A stretch of DNA of 64,000 bases, taken from the NCBI GenBank assembly GCA_051294375.1, contig CM119265.1, forward strand, positions 17,714,403 through 17,778,402. Direction: 5' to 3'. The stretch is from Paraspadella gotoi (lineage: Eukaryota > Animalia > Chaetognatha). Each line of letters starts with the position of its first letter. Position 1 is the first letter of the stretch. Under the pieces are notes generated by a model. It was given only the letters and a program-made list of their open reading frames with translations, did no database searches and was not told the DNA's origin. Of the stretch, positions 16,221 through 31,396 are shown piece after piece. The position numbers were made by a program, and so were the translations under genes.

Positions 16221-17170
16221 AATAGAATAGATTAGAATAGAATAGATTTATTCAAGAAGGACGGGCCGGGGGTAGGCCATGGGTCGCAGTTACAAATAAT
16301 CACAGACAGGTTTACAATTAATCACAGCATAACGAGAACAATAGTTATCATCGGAAACAAGTTTAGTCAAAGTATTACGGCACCAAACAGGTGAAAAGGA
16401 ATTTTCAATCCATTTCTAAATCCGTATCTTTTACTGTAGTCTGTAATTTAATATTTTCATAACTCTTTTCAAATACAAACAGTATCCTATACAAAGAAAA
16501 CAGAGTTAAATCTGAAATTTTAGAACAGAACAAAAAATTTTTACAAAGGATAATTATTAGGTACTTCACTTAAAAATTCGAAGGGACATATTGCCCTTCT
16601 GCTCGCCCTAAAATCGTTCATGTTTTCAATGTATTTAGGTAAAAGGGCCGTTTTTTCAATCAAACCTCGCATTTGCAAATGTGCCCTCTTAATTATTCTA
16701 ATACGCAATGGTTCTAAACCCAAATAATCCAAAACTAAGAAATTTGACATTGATCTTGGTACATTAGATATACTTTTTAAAAATCTAAATTCAACTGTCT
16801 CTAATTTATTCCATAGAGAGTTAGAAATAGTACAAAAACAGCACATGCTATATTCTAACAGTGAAATAACGAATACCTTATAAAGTTCTAACATAATTTT
16901 ACTACTCAGATATTTATATTTAAATCGTAATTTAGACAATACTCCACATCTCTGTATCATACGTTTACATAAATTATTAATGTGAGTATTCCACTTTAGT
17001 TTACTATCGAAGGTAACGTCTAAAAAAATTGCTTCCTGAACAAATAATTCTAAGTCCAGACTACCGAACAACGCTCTTCGTCTCCTTGAAAAAATAATTG
17101 ACATTTATCTGGAGCTAATTTAAGGCGCCATTTACTGCACCACCTCTGGATCGCGGGAAACTTGACTGGA
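16221..17170 (-). mobile_element. 5'-truncated non-LTR retrotransposon (LINE): RT C-terminal fragment with (CTATT)n tail
   Basis: ORF 16541-17104 has FLDVTFDSKLKWNTHINNL and LYKVFVISLLEYS, typical of the LINE RT C-terminus. AATAAA followed by (CTATT)n on the minus strand at about 16221-16252. Confidence 0.85.
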
Positions 17171-18742
17171 GCTTTTTGTTTGCCGTTGTACAGTAATTTT
17201 TCTGATAAATTATGCCAGATGCCAGGAATGCATACGAATATATCGACGAAACAAAAGGTTTTTCTGGCACTACGAATTAATAAGTGACGTATGTATAGTT
17301 AGAACGCATATATGTAATCGGTTCAACCAACATAAAATAAAGCTATCTTGCCCGTTTGCCTAGTAACTATTTATATTAAGCTTTTAAAACTTTTGTCCTT
17401 TTCAAGTTAATGTTGAATGAAAAACGAATAACTAATTTAAATTGTTAAAACTGGAATCACTGTTATGTAGAGATTTGCGCATAAAAGTGATTAAGTTAGA
17501 TATTTTTATCAAAAAAAAAACACAAAAAATAATGAGACGGTAGTGAAAAAACTGATTTCTATTTCTTTTTGGTATGCGTCGTTAAATTAAAAAAATTACA
17601 AAGTAAAGCGGAACCATTATACAAGACTACTCAAACTAAAATAAATCGAGTGAAAAAAATTTCTGACTCTTAAAATGAAATTTAGACAAATCTATGTATA
17701 AATATATGAAATATGAAGGACATTTGATAATAATGAAATGTAAAAACGCAAGGTTCGCATAAAATACTACTAGAAATTAATAATAATCTCAATTTCAAGA
17801 TAACAGACGCCTTTGTTTACCAATGAAACAATTTCCTCACGTAGAAAATAAAGTTTAGTCAGTTAAGATGAGATCTTTAAGTTTTAGAGACACGTATTAT
17901 CATATAACCAGAGCTGTACTGTTTCTAAATTTAAACGTTGACATGCCGTTCTAAAATTGGGAGAGATCTCTACGTGGCAGACATGCAAATGAACAAGTAT
18001 AAGTCATTTCATTCATATATTAAATTATAGTTGGCGTAATGCCCCCAAAAGGTATTTGGTCAGAGTTGAGTTTGACTTATAACTGATGAAAAAAACCTTT
18101 TCAACGTAATTAGTGCTCAAATATTTCCTACGTGTTTACGTGTTTACCCCGGTCGGCGAAAGTAAAATTTTACCTTTATTATTTTGGTTAACCTTTTTTC
18201 AATATTTCGTTATAGGTAATTCTCAAGTAATTTTGCAACTTTCATAATTATTTTTTGTCCCGACTGACAGAAATAAACCTAACGACAGAAACACGTAGTT
18301 GCTGATACTGACGTACAGAAACAGACAGAAGTCACCGCATCAGCCGTGCGTGACAAATACATTAAAAACAATAACGGCAATTAAAAAACCTATTATAAAA
18401 GGGGTGTCAGGTGAGTAAACGAATATTCACGCTAAATATTTATCATTTGGTATTCGATCTTAAATGCTTATACATTTACGATATGCAGAGTGAGAAGGCG
18501 GAAAAACGAAAGGGAGAGAAAGAACCACACATGAAATGAAGTTTTTTTTTCTTTCAAGTTATAAAAACGGAAAAAAGAGAAGTCACAGACCGAGGTTATA
18601 TGAGAGATATAAAAAATTAGATAGTAGTTACGATTAGAGTACGAAAAATGGAATCGAGGAATCGGAAATTATTGTTTCTTCACGCTGACGAAGGACCTTT
18701 TCTCGAAGTCGCCCCGCAAGCCGGAGGTCACTTGGCCAAGGC

Positions 18743-20774
<2,032 letters not shown>

Positions 20775-21655
20775 TTATTATTCTTGAATGAAGAAGAACG
20801 GTGTTACGATTATTAGTTCGTGAAGATAATTAATCTCTTACGATAACTGAAAAAAATCTGATAAATAAATCTTAAACTAAAAGAAAACTATAAGAACGAA
20901 TAACAGAGTAATACGTATACACATGAGAAAAAGCCAAAGATTAAAATGCTAGCAATAAATAACACAGGCGCCACGTTTTGAAACGCTGAGAATCAAAAAA
21001 GGTACATATTACACATGTGCAAAAGAGATCCCCCCCCCCAAAAAAAAACAGCGCCACTTTATAACTTTAAATATATATATATAAATATATAACTTTTTAC
21101 AAAAATATTTTTAAAAGTTGTTTAGAGATATGATTTTTTAAACTCGAGTATTCCAAAACGAAATGAAAATCGAATTTTATTTAAAAGCTTTAAAACCATT
21201 AATCTATCATTTATTACATATTGTATATATTTTTTATTAAACTTAAAATTATTATTTAGGGATCGGGGTTAATCCAGTTTTCAAGTTATCCCTCCGGATA
21301 TCCAGTATAATTGTTAAAAAAAATCTATAACAACGACTACAAAATATCAGAAAAAAAAAATCTTAAATTAATCAGTTTTCTTCATATTCAGCTTTGCTGT
21401 AGATTATTTTATTTAAATAATTACTGCTTAACGGATGGCCCGATTTTTATAATATTTATGCTATTGTGTATTTTTTTTTATAATTATGCTTAACTTTTCA
21501 TCTATCAATATACTTTAATTTACTCGATTTATTTAATTTACTCAATTTACTTTAATTTATTTTAATTTCGTAAAGAACTATTTACTATATAGGGTCATTT
21601 CTGAAGTCTGAAATAAAGTGGAGAAATTTTTTTGCACACGACTGGAAGATAGCGT

Positions 21656-24515
21656 TTAAATCCTGTCAAGTTGAAAACCGGCAGGAAGCAGGATGTAAGT
21701 GGTTCCATCCTGTATAGTGTCAATGGGAAGCAGCGCATTAGAAGAAAGGGTAATCGGAGCTTGAGTCAGCGACGATATTTCAATGTCCTCTTCAGTCGGG
21801 GCAATCAATTGAGGAGCCACGTTGACGAAAGACACACTAAAAATAAACGAAAAGAAGAATCTTGAAGATCGATTCAAAAGTTCAAAACCCACGGACGGTT
21901 TTATCAAAATTGAAATAAATAAATGCAGAATCTACGAGTTACACAATACACAGAGTCAAATGTCATCAAAAGTAATTAACTTACTCCGATTGGGAAAAGT
22001 CGTGGCTTTCAGAAATAGGAGCGAGAGTGATGGACGACCCAGAGTTGGTGAAGTTGCCGGGAAAAATGTCCGGGAGATCATGTTGAAACCTGGATTCGAC
22101 AGTCGGGACCAACGAACCCATCGGCATCGCAGCGGAGCTTCTTGCTTTTGCACGCCACTTGCCTATTCTGGGGGCGGGAGAACTGGTGGCTGGTGAATTG
22201 AGCGCGGTTTCTGAAGAGACGTCGTCAAGAGCAAGTCTGGGTGCCGCAGCAGGAACCGAAACTTCTGGGGCAACGCGGGAAGCGGTGGATGACGGAAATG
22301 AAGTGGATCCATCGGTTAAGGAAAAGATGGTTTGAGATGTTAACGATTCGACCATCGAATCAAGGATAGAAGATGCAGGATTATCGCTGGACACTGCGAC
22401 GTTTTTCAAGTCACCAGATGGCAATTTGACTACTTTCTTGGGAAGCGAGGGAGCTCCGGCTACGGCGCAGTGCTTTTTCTTCGCGTGATTAATGAGACTA
22501 TGAAGTTGAGAGAAGCTTTGCGGGCAGTCGCGGCATTGAAGGCGAACGCTGGTGTGAAGTTTTGAATGAACCGTCAGATTTCTCTTAGACTTGAATAACT
22601 TTCCTGAATAATATCAAATATATATATTTAATAATCGGGCCGCATCTGAAAAAGAAAACTCAACTTTTCCGGGCATACCGCATTGTTGGCATGGAAAACG
22701 AACACCCTTGTGAGTGACCTCGACGTGGTTTTTCAACTTGCGAACCTCAGTGAATTCAGCCTCGCAATTGTCGCACTTGACTTTGCGCTTCTCGTGCACG
22801 ATGTTAAAATGAGAAGTCAATTGAGCTTTAAGCGGGAATTTCTTGTCGCACCTTGGGGCCGTACATGCGAAATTTCTACCACCGTGCACGCTGCGTCGGT
22901 GCAGTTTCAAATAATTTTCGCTGAAGTTTTGTCCGCAATCGGGGCAAGGAACTTTATCGCAAAGGCCGTCGTGTTTGACGCGGACGTGGCGTCGGAGGGC
23001 ATTGGCCTTCGCGAATGTTTGGTCGCATTGAGTGCAAACAAAATCAAACTTTTTGTCGTGGACAATCTTGACGTGGTCGCGAAGAAGAAACATGTTGCAA
23101 AACTGCTTCGGACACAACTGGAAAGAAAAGATTGGTTCATGAGTTGAAATCTTTGTAGTAATCGATAAGTTTAAGTTTCGGAAAAAATCCGCGCTACTAA
23201 AAGACGTGGCTATACTTACGATGACGTATTTGGCTCAAGAGAAAACGAGAGAGAAAAAGACATGTTTAGGACAAAAGCGCGGGGGAAAAAATCAATGAAA
23301 ACGATGACACTTAAGTAGAAAAACAGTAAAAAACCGTAAAGGAAAGTTTTCAAGAGCGTGAATCATCATATGAATATGAAGCTCGCCAACTTACTTGACA
23401 TTCATGTTTAACTCCCGAGTGTACGCGCGTTCGGTGATCCTCCATTACCCACCGCGTACTGAATCCCTTCGCGCAATCTGGGCATTTCACAGCGCCGCCG
23501 CGGTGAGCCGTCGTCACATGGACGCGCAAATAGGCCGCGCGGGAAAACTTTTTACCGCAGATACGGCAAACATGTTTTTTGTCACCGTGGACGGACAAAA
23601 CGTGAAAGGCAAAGGTATAAAAGTCAGCTTTTAAGGTTTTATTGCATAGGCGACAATGGATGCTCTCCGCCGTTTGCTTTTCCTCTCGCCATCGAGCCAA
23701 GTTTCTGTCGTCGCCGACGGCTTGAGAGATGAGCGCTACCTCGGTCGCCAATCGCTCGTCGGTCTCGTCCCAGATGCCGCGATTCAGCACCAGATAGCGA
23801 AAGGCGGGTCGACCGCGACGCCGGCGAAGCTGTCTCGTGGCATCGTCTGCGGGACGGTAATCGTCGTCGTTAGTCGTCTGGTTTTCGTTCACGATGTAGT
23901 CATCGTCTTCGACTGCCGGATCATGACGACAAAACTCCTTGGAGGAGAATTCCTGGCGGTCGACGAGTGCACCGTCGACGCCTTGCAACTTACGAACTGG
24001 AAAAAGCGGACGATCACATTTCCAGTCGGTAGATTTAGAATTTCCGTAGAGTAGATCCTCGTGTAAATACTATTAAATTTAAAATGAATAACGTTGATAA
24101 CGAGAGCGACCGGGGCAAGTACTGGATCATACGCGAAAACGAGACCCGCCTGCATCATTCCTCGAAAGCCGCAGTCGATGTCGTCTAATACTTTGAGCAC
24201 GGGCGCCATCTTCTCGATACCGCGGGTCTTTCCCCAGGATCTTTCAAGGACTCGGTTCGTTTCGCGCCGGAGTAAAATAACAAGAGCTTGGATTCGTTCG
24301 AGGAAGTCGGATGTCGCCTCAAACAACTTTGTAAAGCGCTTGTCGTCTAGTTTTTGGGAGATCGAGAGGCGCTTCCCGTCATGCTCAATCCATGAAGGGT
24401 TAAGTTCGTCGACGTCGAGGTTGCAGGAGACGTCGCCATCTCCCGGTCCGACGGAAGACGGGATAATGTCCATGCCAAAAGAGCCGACCGACTCGCTGGA
24501 TAGCTCGGTCGACAT
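21656..24515 (-). CDS. Multi-C2H2 zinc-finger protein (5 exons: 24515-~24149/24123, 24069-23395, 23117-22679, 22603-21985, 21836-21656)
   Basis: About ten C2H2 fingers (e.g. CRICGKKFSRAAYLRVHVTTAH, CTQCDQTFAKANALRRHVRVKH). Junctions 2-5 keep frame across split fingers. The intron 1 donor is ambiguous. Confidence 0.88.
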
Positions 24516-24644
24516 GTTTCAGTTCAGCTCACATATTTTTCAGAATCGCTAAAATTAAACAATAACGTAAAAAAAAAGGATCAATTAATATGACCCATAA
24601 AATGGCGTCGAACCTTCGTTGGCACTTTAGTGATCGATAACCGA

Positions 24645-27297
24645 TTAGTTCTCTTCCTCTGGAAATTCCAGATCTTCAAACGAAACGGACGAGCAGGTCA
24701 AAGTCCGCAGATCGACCAGGACGGCTGTCTTGGACTTCGTGAAATCGGGAACCGTAACGCACAGCGTGCCTTCGCTTCCTCGACCCGTATCACCCGGCAC
24801 CCAGCAACTCGAGAACTTGTCGCAATTTCCGGCAAAATAGACGTCGGGAGCAGACTCGATGACAAAGGGGTCGCGATCCAAAAAGGGGTAGCACCCGAGT
24901 GTGTCGGGCGCCGTGGGAGCAACGTGGCGCCAGTTAAGCGTGAGTCGCAACGTCTCCAGGGGGTCTTCAATGGTGGAGCACTTTAGAACGTTAGCTACGT
25001 TTTGCCCCGATGTGCCTAAAACGAACCGGTCGGCTACGAAGGCGTAGAAAGGATTGGGGCGAGTGTGAAAACCCGTGCCTCGTCCGCTCTCCGGAAAAAG
25101 GCAAGCGTGAAGTGGCTGTTGGGGCCACAAAAAAGTAGCGGGGTCGGATTCGCCGGGAAGGAGATCCAAGTCGACTGAGGCGGTCAAAGGCCGAAGCCAC
25201 TCGTCGGCCGCTTTCACAGCATCGAGAGATTCTAAAGGCAAAAAAATCAAGGTTAATGAGAACTGCTTGAATTACAACGCATATGCCATATGTATCGTAA
25301 TTGCAGTATACCTTGGTTGGTTCGTTTTTGACGAAATTTTTGGCCCATTGCCCAATCTTTTTCCTGCGTGTCTTTAGATATGGTGTTTCCAGCGACAATA
25401 ACACGGACAATTTGAGATGACTTCATTTGTAGAGAAGGATCACCAGCGTCGCCTACATTACGAAAAAATTGAAATAAAAGATTTAACAGGTTCTTTGGGC
25501 AAAACAGTACGTATTTACCTTGTACGCTACCTCTAATCTAATTTTTAATAATTGTGTACAAATAAATTGTGTACTATTAACTGATACGATTTGGTTGATA
25601 TTTGATCATTTCATTAATTAGAAAATTCCCTGACGTTTATGTTCCTATATAACAAATTGAGATTACTTTTCATCAAAACAACTGGTGCGCTTGCGTTCCA
25701 GGAGCTTTTTTTGGAGAATTTTTCCCCCTCTTATTTGATAATTCAATTTCAAACTAATTGTGAATAAAATTGAGACGAATATTATAATTTCTTTTACATT
25801 TATTATTTAGTAAAATGTCTTGGGAGCATGCAAAAAAATTATCATTAATATATTTCAAGCGCATGCCAGATCAATGTGATTTTCCAATTTTTTTAAAGAT
25901 TAAATTTTTATTTTCTATTTTTTAACTAAAAAAAACTATCAAATGGAAAGGGCTCGTCATTGTGGCTGTGAAAAAGTTTTGACATTCTGATTGCTCAGAC
26001 ACATACTTTAATGTCTATATTTGTAAGATGAACCGACATTTTCAAACATATCATTTTTGTTCATAAAAATATATCTTATAACAGGAAGGTCCGATTCAAA
26101 TGCCAAAAATTTGCTTTTTTGAAATTCGACCATGCCATTGATGAGCACATAATTAAGAAAGTAAGCAAGCTGGACTTGTAAAACTAAAGCTTGTTCAAAA
26201 TAGTTTCTTTGTTAGATGAATACATTTTTAGAAAATGTTATACATTATATAAATTATATATTATATGGTATACAATTTTATTTATATGAAAAAAATTAAT
26301 TGCATTATGCATATTGAATGTTCCCCACCTAAACGAAGAAAGAATAGGAATAAATTATTCCTAAAAAATACGATACTAACCGGTGATGAATTCAGACAGC
26401 ATATCTCGTGAAAAAATCGCATCGGGGTTTTTCCCGCCGAAGTTGAGACCAGAGACGAGTAACAATAGCGGCGCTCTTTCTTCAGAGTCCTTAGAAGCGG
26501 CGGCGCCCGGCCTTGTCTCCAAAAAAGACGGGGTAGACAAATCAGAGCGCTGACCGAGCGTCAAGTAATCTTCCACAACGAAACGCCCACTTTCGTCTTT
26601 AGCTTCCTCGCCTTATAAAAATTTAACCAATAGGTGACGATAAACAATTATACATTATACTATTAGGCCAATATAACATTTAATTTAACATATAATATTT
26701 ACGTAAAATCTTTTATTTTTCTAATACTTGAAAGCACCCACCCACGACCGCGATGGTGACGCCTGTGACAAAATCTCTAACATCGATGTTCCCAGTTAGC
26801 GGAATGCGTTGCACTTCATCTTCGATGGATAGAGCGTCGGTCTCGTCAGCGGCGAAGCGCTTCCTCGGTGGCATCGGTGGCTGAAGGTGATAGTCCTCGC
26901 TGACTTCGGCCAAGATGCTAGGCCGCAGCGTCATCCTACGATGAAGAGTCCCAACGAGGACGCAACGACCTGCGTTCTGTATCTGGTACAGCTTCTTCAC
27001 AGGGACCTCTGGGTTTAAAACAAAACAAAAAATACCTAAAACACCTTTTCTCAATACGAGCTTACGTCAAAATAACTTACCCCATTTTCTTGCCGCGATT
27101 TCTGTCAATTTTGGTCCAACCGTTTCCAGTCGTTTGACATACAAAGAGGCGAATTGCTTGTTATAGTTTCTGTCAACGGCCGAGAGGAGGAATCGATCTG
27201 AGACGTCCTGGAATTTATGACTCCGACGGGGGAGAGCGTCGAAAGAAGAAGGTGGTGCAAGTAGCGGGCATTTCGTCGCCATGGCGACAGAGGGCAT
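24645..27297 (-). CDS. POLD2: DNA polymerase delta subunit 2 (exons 27297-27081, 27008-26742, 26611-26381, 25452-25312, 25231-24645)
   Basis: Motifs YNKQFASLYVKRL, RPSILAEVSED, IEDEVQRIPLTG, LLVSGL, RVIVAGN, LPGESDP..WPQQPLH, GTSGQNV, WRHVAPTAPDTLGCYPF..DPF..PDVYFAGN. All junctions are phase 1. Confidence 0.97.
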
Positions 27298-28191
27298 GTT
27301 TTCTTTTAAAACAAGGCTCGGGTCACTTTATATCAAAAAGGCAGCAGCGAAAACATAATAAAAGTTTTTTCATAGACGTTGCGTTAATTTCGAATACAGA
27401 AACGGCCAAGAGAGAGAGAGAGAGCGAGCGAAAGAGAATCTTAAACTTGAACACGAAACTCGAGAGTAATTTACAGGATAAACTAGATAAAAACAATTAT
27501 GCAGACTATTAGCCCTGCGCAGAATATTTTCTTCCACCCCCCCCCAACTTTTTTGTTCGTAATAAACGGTGATAACGGACGCAAGCTCTACTTTAAAATG
27601 AGGTTTCTTCCGAAGGGAAGGACTTTCGATGGAACCAACCACTACTGAATAACCGAACTGCTAAATGTAAGAAAAAAGTTACGACGAAAAACGAAACGCC
27701 AAGAGGAACAGGTTTCCTAAACAGTAAGGGATTTGATTATACAATTTTGGTATCACAATTAGTACATAAACATCGGAAGCTCTCATTTACAAGGGCAAAA
27801 CCAACAATTTTTAAAAAACCCAACCGATTTAACGTTCCCGTTAGAGAGTTATAAGACGGTAATTTGTAAAATGATTGTTTACGAAAAGTGTTAATCTTAA
27901 ACTATTGATGAAGATGCTACCTTTTCTTTACGTTTTCACCTTTATCAGCAAAGAATTATTGAAATGATTCTAAAGCTACTATAACCGTCTTATGACCCCC
28001 TCAAAATTTTTAAAAAAACGCTAAGCCATTTGTAACGCATAGTAAATTGGAGCCCCTTGCTGCAAAAAGAAAACCAGTCAGTAATCAACGCATGGGCGAA
28101 GTGAAAAACGCTACTTAAAATGAGTAGTCGGGCGAAAATTGTCCACCGTAGCGGAGGGTGGTTGGCCAAGAACTTTGCTGCATCCGTTGCT

Positions 28192-29145
28192 TCAGAGATT
28201 GTGGAGGTTCAATCTGAAGACATCGTTGACGACGACCCAGTTTCCATCGGGTGTATTTTTAAGGTGAAACAACTGCGTAAAACCCATAGGCGCATCCTGA
28301 TCCGCTTTAATCTGCCCGATGACCATAATGAGGATGCCAGCGTCCGCCGTCGGCTGAGGATCTACCTTGGTGATAATCATGCCGATGTTCTGAAAAAAAT
28401 TAAATAGGTATGATTACTAATGCGGAACAAGGTAAAAACTAAGAGTTCTGTAATATAAATAACGATAAAGCATCCCTGTGGGATAACGATATTTACAAAA
28501 TAATTAAGATTTTATGTACAGCTGCATTTAAAGTTTATTGTATTACTATAAATCCTAAAAATTTTATTTTCCAATTCAGAATTTTTGAAAACGGATTCTG
28601 GTAGAGCATGAAAAAATAAAAAAATATTATTACAAGATTTCCAAATTTTTTTGTTATAACGGTTAAAATTAGCAAAAACTATAAAAATTATGGAATGATG
28701 AGGATGATAATTTTAAAGCGTTTTCCCTTATTTTACCCACATCAAAATATTGAAAAACGAATTATACTTTGTGTAAACTATCTGAATCCGTTCTTAAAAA
28801 TTTAAATTAAAAGATTTTCATTGCCTATGCAATAAACATTGATAAATACTTAAATGCTTCGTTATACTGTGCTTCACTAGTTAATCGTTTAATTTTGGCC
28901 CGCCTTAATTGTTTACACCACCGACGTCAGAATGGTATCAGCAAGGAAATCGCAACCTGGAACGGTAGACTGGTGTATTTTGCGTGAATGGCTTCGCGAC
29001 CTTGGTGCTGTGACCCTTCGAAAGTAAGGAAAGCGTGCTCCGGATGGTACATCAGGTGAAGCTGAGATCTGTCCTTTTGGAATATGTCATAGAAGTGAGT
29101 GACGAAGGTTTGGGAGATGTCTTGAAAATGGGTGTTGAACGACAT
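28192..29145 (-). CDS. NUTF2: Nuclear transport factor 2, 128 aa (exons 29145-28957, 28389-28192)
   Basis: FVTHFYDIF..DRSQL, LTFEG..QG..AI..K..SLPFQ, ITKVDPQPT, ILIMVIGQIKAD, FTQLFHL, NDVFRL. Phase-0 GT-AG intron. Confidence 0.95.
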
Positions 29146-29970
29146 ATTTCTTTCAGTTCCGCGTTTTTATTCACTTGTTCACGCGCGACGACCAAGCGCA
29201 AGGCACTCGAGGGGATTGTCCGCAAGATTTCACAGAAATGTATCCTGCTGCAGCGCTGCACCGCCGCACTCACCAAGTCGAGTACCGAAAAATTCAAAAG
29301 CTGCGCCAGAGATAAAGCTAAGTAGTTGTTGGAGGGAATGAACCTATACAGGTCTTATAATGGAAAGCAAACAGGAAGAAAGAATAGTGATTACGATCTG
29401 GGGACGGGGCAACTGCGCGTGAACAGCCTCGCGTTTTCACTTTTATCAGGTTCAAGAACGAGAGGACTCGTTGCTAATATTCATAATTTTTTCACCCTTT
29501 TGGACAATCTACAATGTATCTACAATAGTTCGTTAACTAATTTTTACAATGGAAAAAAACATCGCTATCAGGCTTAATTTATACGTAAAAAACAGGATCT
29601 AGAAATGCGTCATATTTTTCATCAAAATTATAAAAACGATGTTTGATTCCTTACATTGGAAGCTCAAACAAATGGTGGAGTGGGCGACTTTGAATCAGCA
29701 CGACAGACTTTTCACGCTTTCCCGTAGTGACCTTTAATAGCTTCCGTCGTCGAGACGTGACGCCAAAGAGTGGATAAATAAACTGGTGCCAAATTAAAAA
29801 AATTAATAATAAAAATGAAGAAAAATTCTAATAAATGAGACCGGTTAAAATAATAATAATAAAAAAATTTCGTTAGGTACGTGTCATGCATGCATTAATG
29901 TACTAGATCGTCGTAAGTTACAAGTTACAACCAATAACTAAAAAAATGAATAGTATTTAAAAATCATTTT

Positions 29971-30175
29971 GGGTTACTTTTACTTTCGCCGACTAGGGTT
30001 ATGGAGGGGTTAGGAGTAAAGACGGTTTTTAAAGGTAGTTTTTGAGTTAAAGGTGGTTAGTGTTTTAAGGGTTAGAGTAATTGGGTCATAATTTTTAAAA
30101 ATGTTTTTAAAAATATTTTTAAAAGGTTTTTCAAAAGCCGCCAAAACCGCGGTCGGCGAAAGTAAAATTTAGCCC
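29971..30175. mobile_element. MITE carrying degenerate telomere-like (TTAGGG) repeats, copy 1
   Basis: Terminal inverted repeats gg.ta.ttttactttcgccgac / gtcggcgaaagtaaaatttagcc with internal ggggttag/gggttag motifs. Inverted copy at 33186-33387; single ends at about 18148 and 49889. Confidence 0.75.
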
Positions 30176-30229
30176 TTATTTTTTTTTCATAAATATACAC
30201 ATATTGCACAGATTTATACGTTGTATTCG

Positions 30230-31234
30230 TTACGGAAACACCGGCAAGTCAGTGTTTAGGCGTTGAGAAAGAGTTTCCAGAAAGGCCCTGGCAGAGTCCG
30301 AATACTCGACGGGGTGATGGGGCAGGTGTTGGGCCTCGGATCGCTTTCGTTCCTCTTCCAACCTGCGCTGTGCCTCGAAGTCCTTGCGCAGGTTGTTTTC
30401 GGCCTCTGTCGTCAGCGGCGGCTCCTGCGTGGCCTTGTTCAGCGTACCGGGTCTTTGCGGCGCCATGACGTGCGCTTTGTCCGAGTGCAAATGCTTCTGC
30501 AGCTTGTCCTTCCGATTGAAGCCCTTGCCGCAGGTCTCGCATTCGAACCTTTTCTCCGTCATGTGCACCGTTTCCACGTGTCGTTTGAGCTTGTCCTTTC
30601 GAGCAAAGGTCTGCGGACATTCGTGACATTTGAAATTACGAATATCCGTGTGGGCCGTTATCTCGTGGCGCTTGAGCCCCTCCCGGCGACTGAACGTGTG
30701 ATCGCAAAATTCGCAATTGATTCGCGGTTTCATGTTTGCGCTGTTCGCGGGTGAGCCGCTCGAGGATAAGACGACGCTGTTGTTTTGGTGGCCGTGGCCG
30801 TGGCCGCTTCCGCTGCTTCCGCCACCGCCGCCGCCTCCGCTTCCGCCGGTACTCCCCGAGTTGTTACCCTTCACGACTACCCCATCGATTTTTTCGAGCT
30901 CTCGAACAAATCCTTTGTCGAAGGCGTGGGGCGGCATGTGTTCGGGGTGAGCCAGTGGTTTACTGTCGATCTGATCTTTGTAGGGGTTAACAAGTTCTTC
31001 CTTCCTCGCCTCGGGGTTGAAGGCAAAGGGACGCGGTATGACGATGACGTCATCCGAACGCGCGTGAGAATGCGCTTCGGTGCCGACCCAGGGCTTCATT
31101 GGCTTGGGCGGAGTGACTCTTCCCTCGGCCGGCGGCGGTGGAATGTGACCCATCCAAGGGTAACGCAAGTCAGCTCCGCCAGGTTTGTGATGCAGGCGAG
31201 GATCATCCATATGGTGATATGGGTGAGAACTCAT
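30230..31234 (-). CDS. C2H2 zinc-finger protein, 334 aa, single coding exon
   Basis: Three tandem fingers (CEFCDHTFSRREGLKRHEITAH, CHECPQTFARKDKLKRHVETVH, CETCGKGFNRKDKLQKHLHSDKAH) in a GC-rich, coding-like ORF. Confidence 0.92.
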   Translation of the reverse strand: MSSHPYHHMDDPRLHHKPGGADLRYPWMGHIPPPPAEGRVTPPKPMKPWVGTEAHSHARSDDVIVIPRPFAFNPEARKEELVNPYKDQIDSKPLAHPEHMPPHAFDKGFVRELEKIDGVVVKGNNSGSTGGSGGGGGGGSSGSGHGHGHQNNSVVLSSSGSPANSANMKPRINCEFCDHTFSRREGLKRHEITAHTDIRNFKCHECPQTFARKDKLKRHVETVHMTEKRFECETCGKGFNRKDKLQKHLHSDKAHVMAPQRPGTLNKATQEPPLTTEAENNLRKDFEAQRRLEEERKRSEAQHLPHHPVEYSDSARAFLETLSQRLNTDLPVFP

Positions 31235-31396
31235 AGTTATTTGGTTGTTATGGGTGCGTTAAAAATATATAAGTTTTTTTACAACTTTTTTGTACAATTT
31301 TCCACTTGTTTCTTAGCTTAGTTTATTTGCCTCTCTAAATGGCTAAAACAAGAACAGTGTATAAATTAACAATTAACAATCAAAATTTATAATCCG

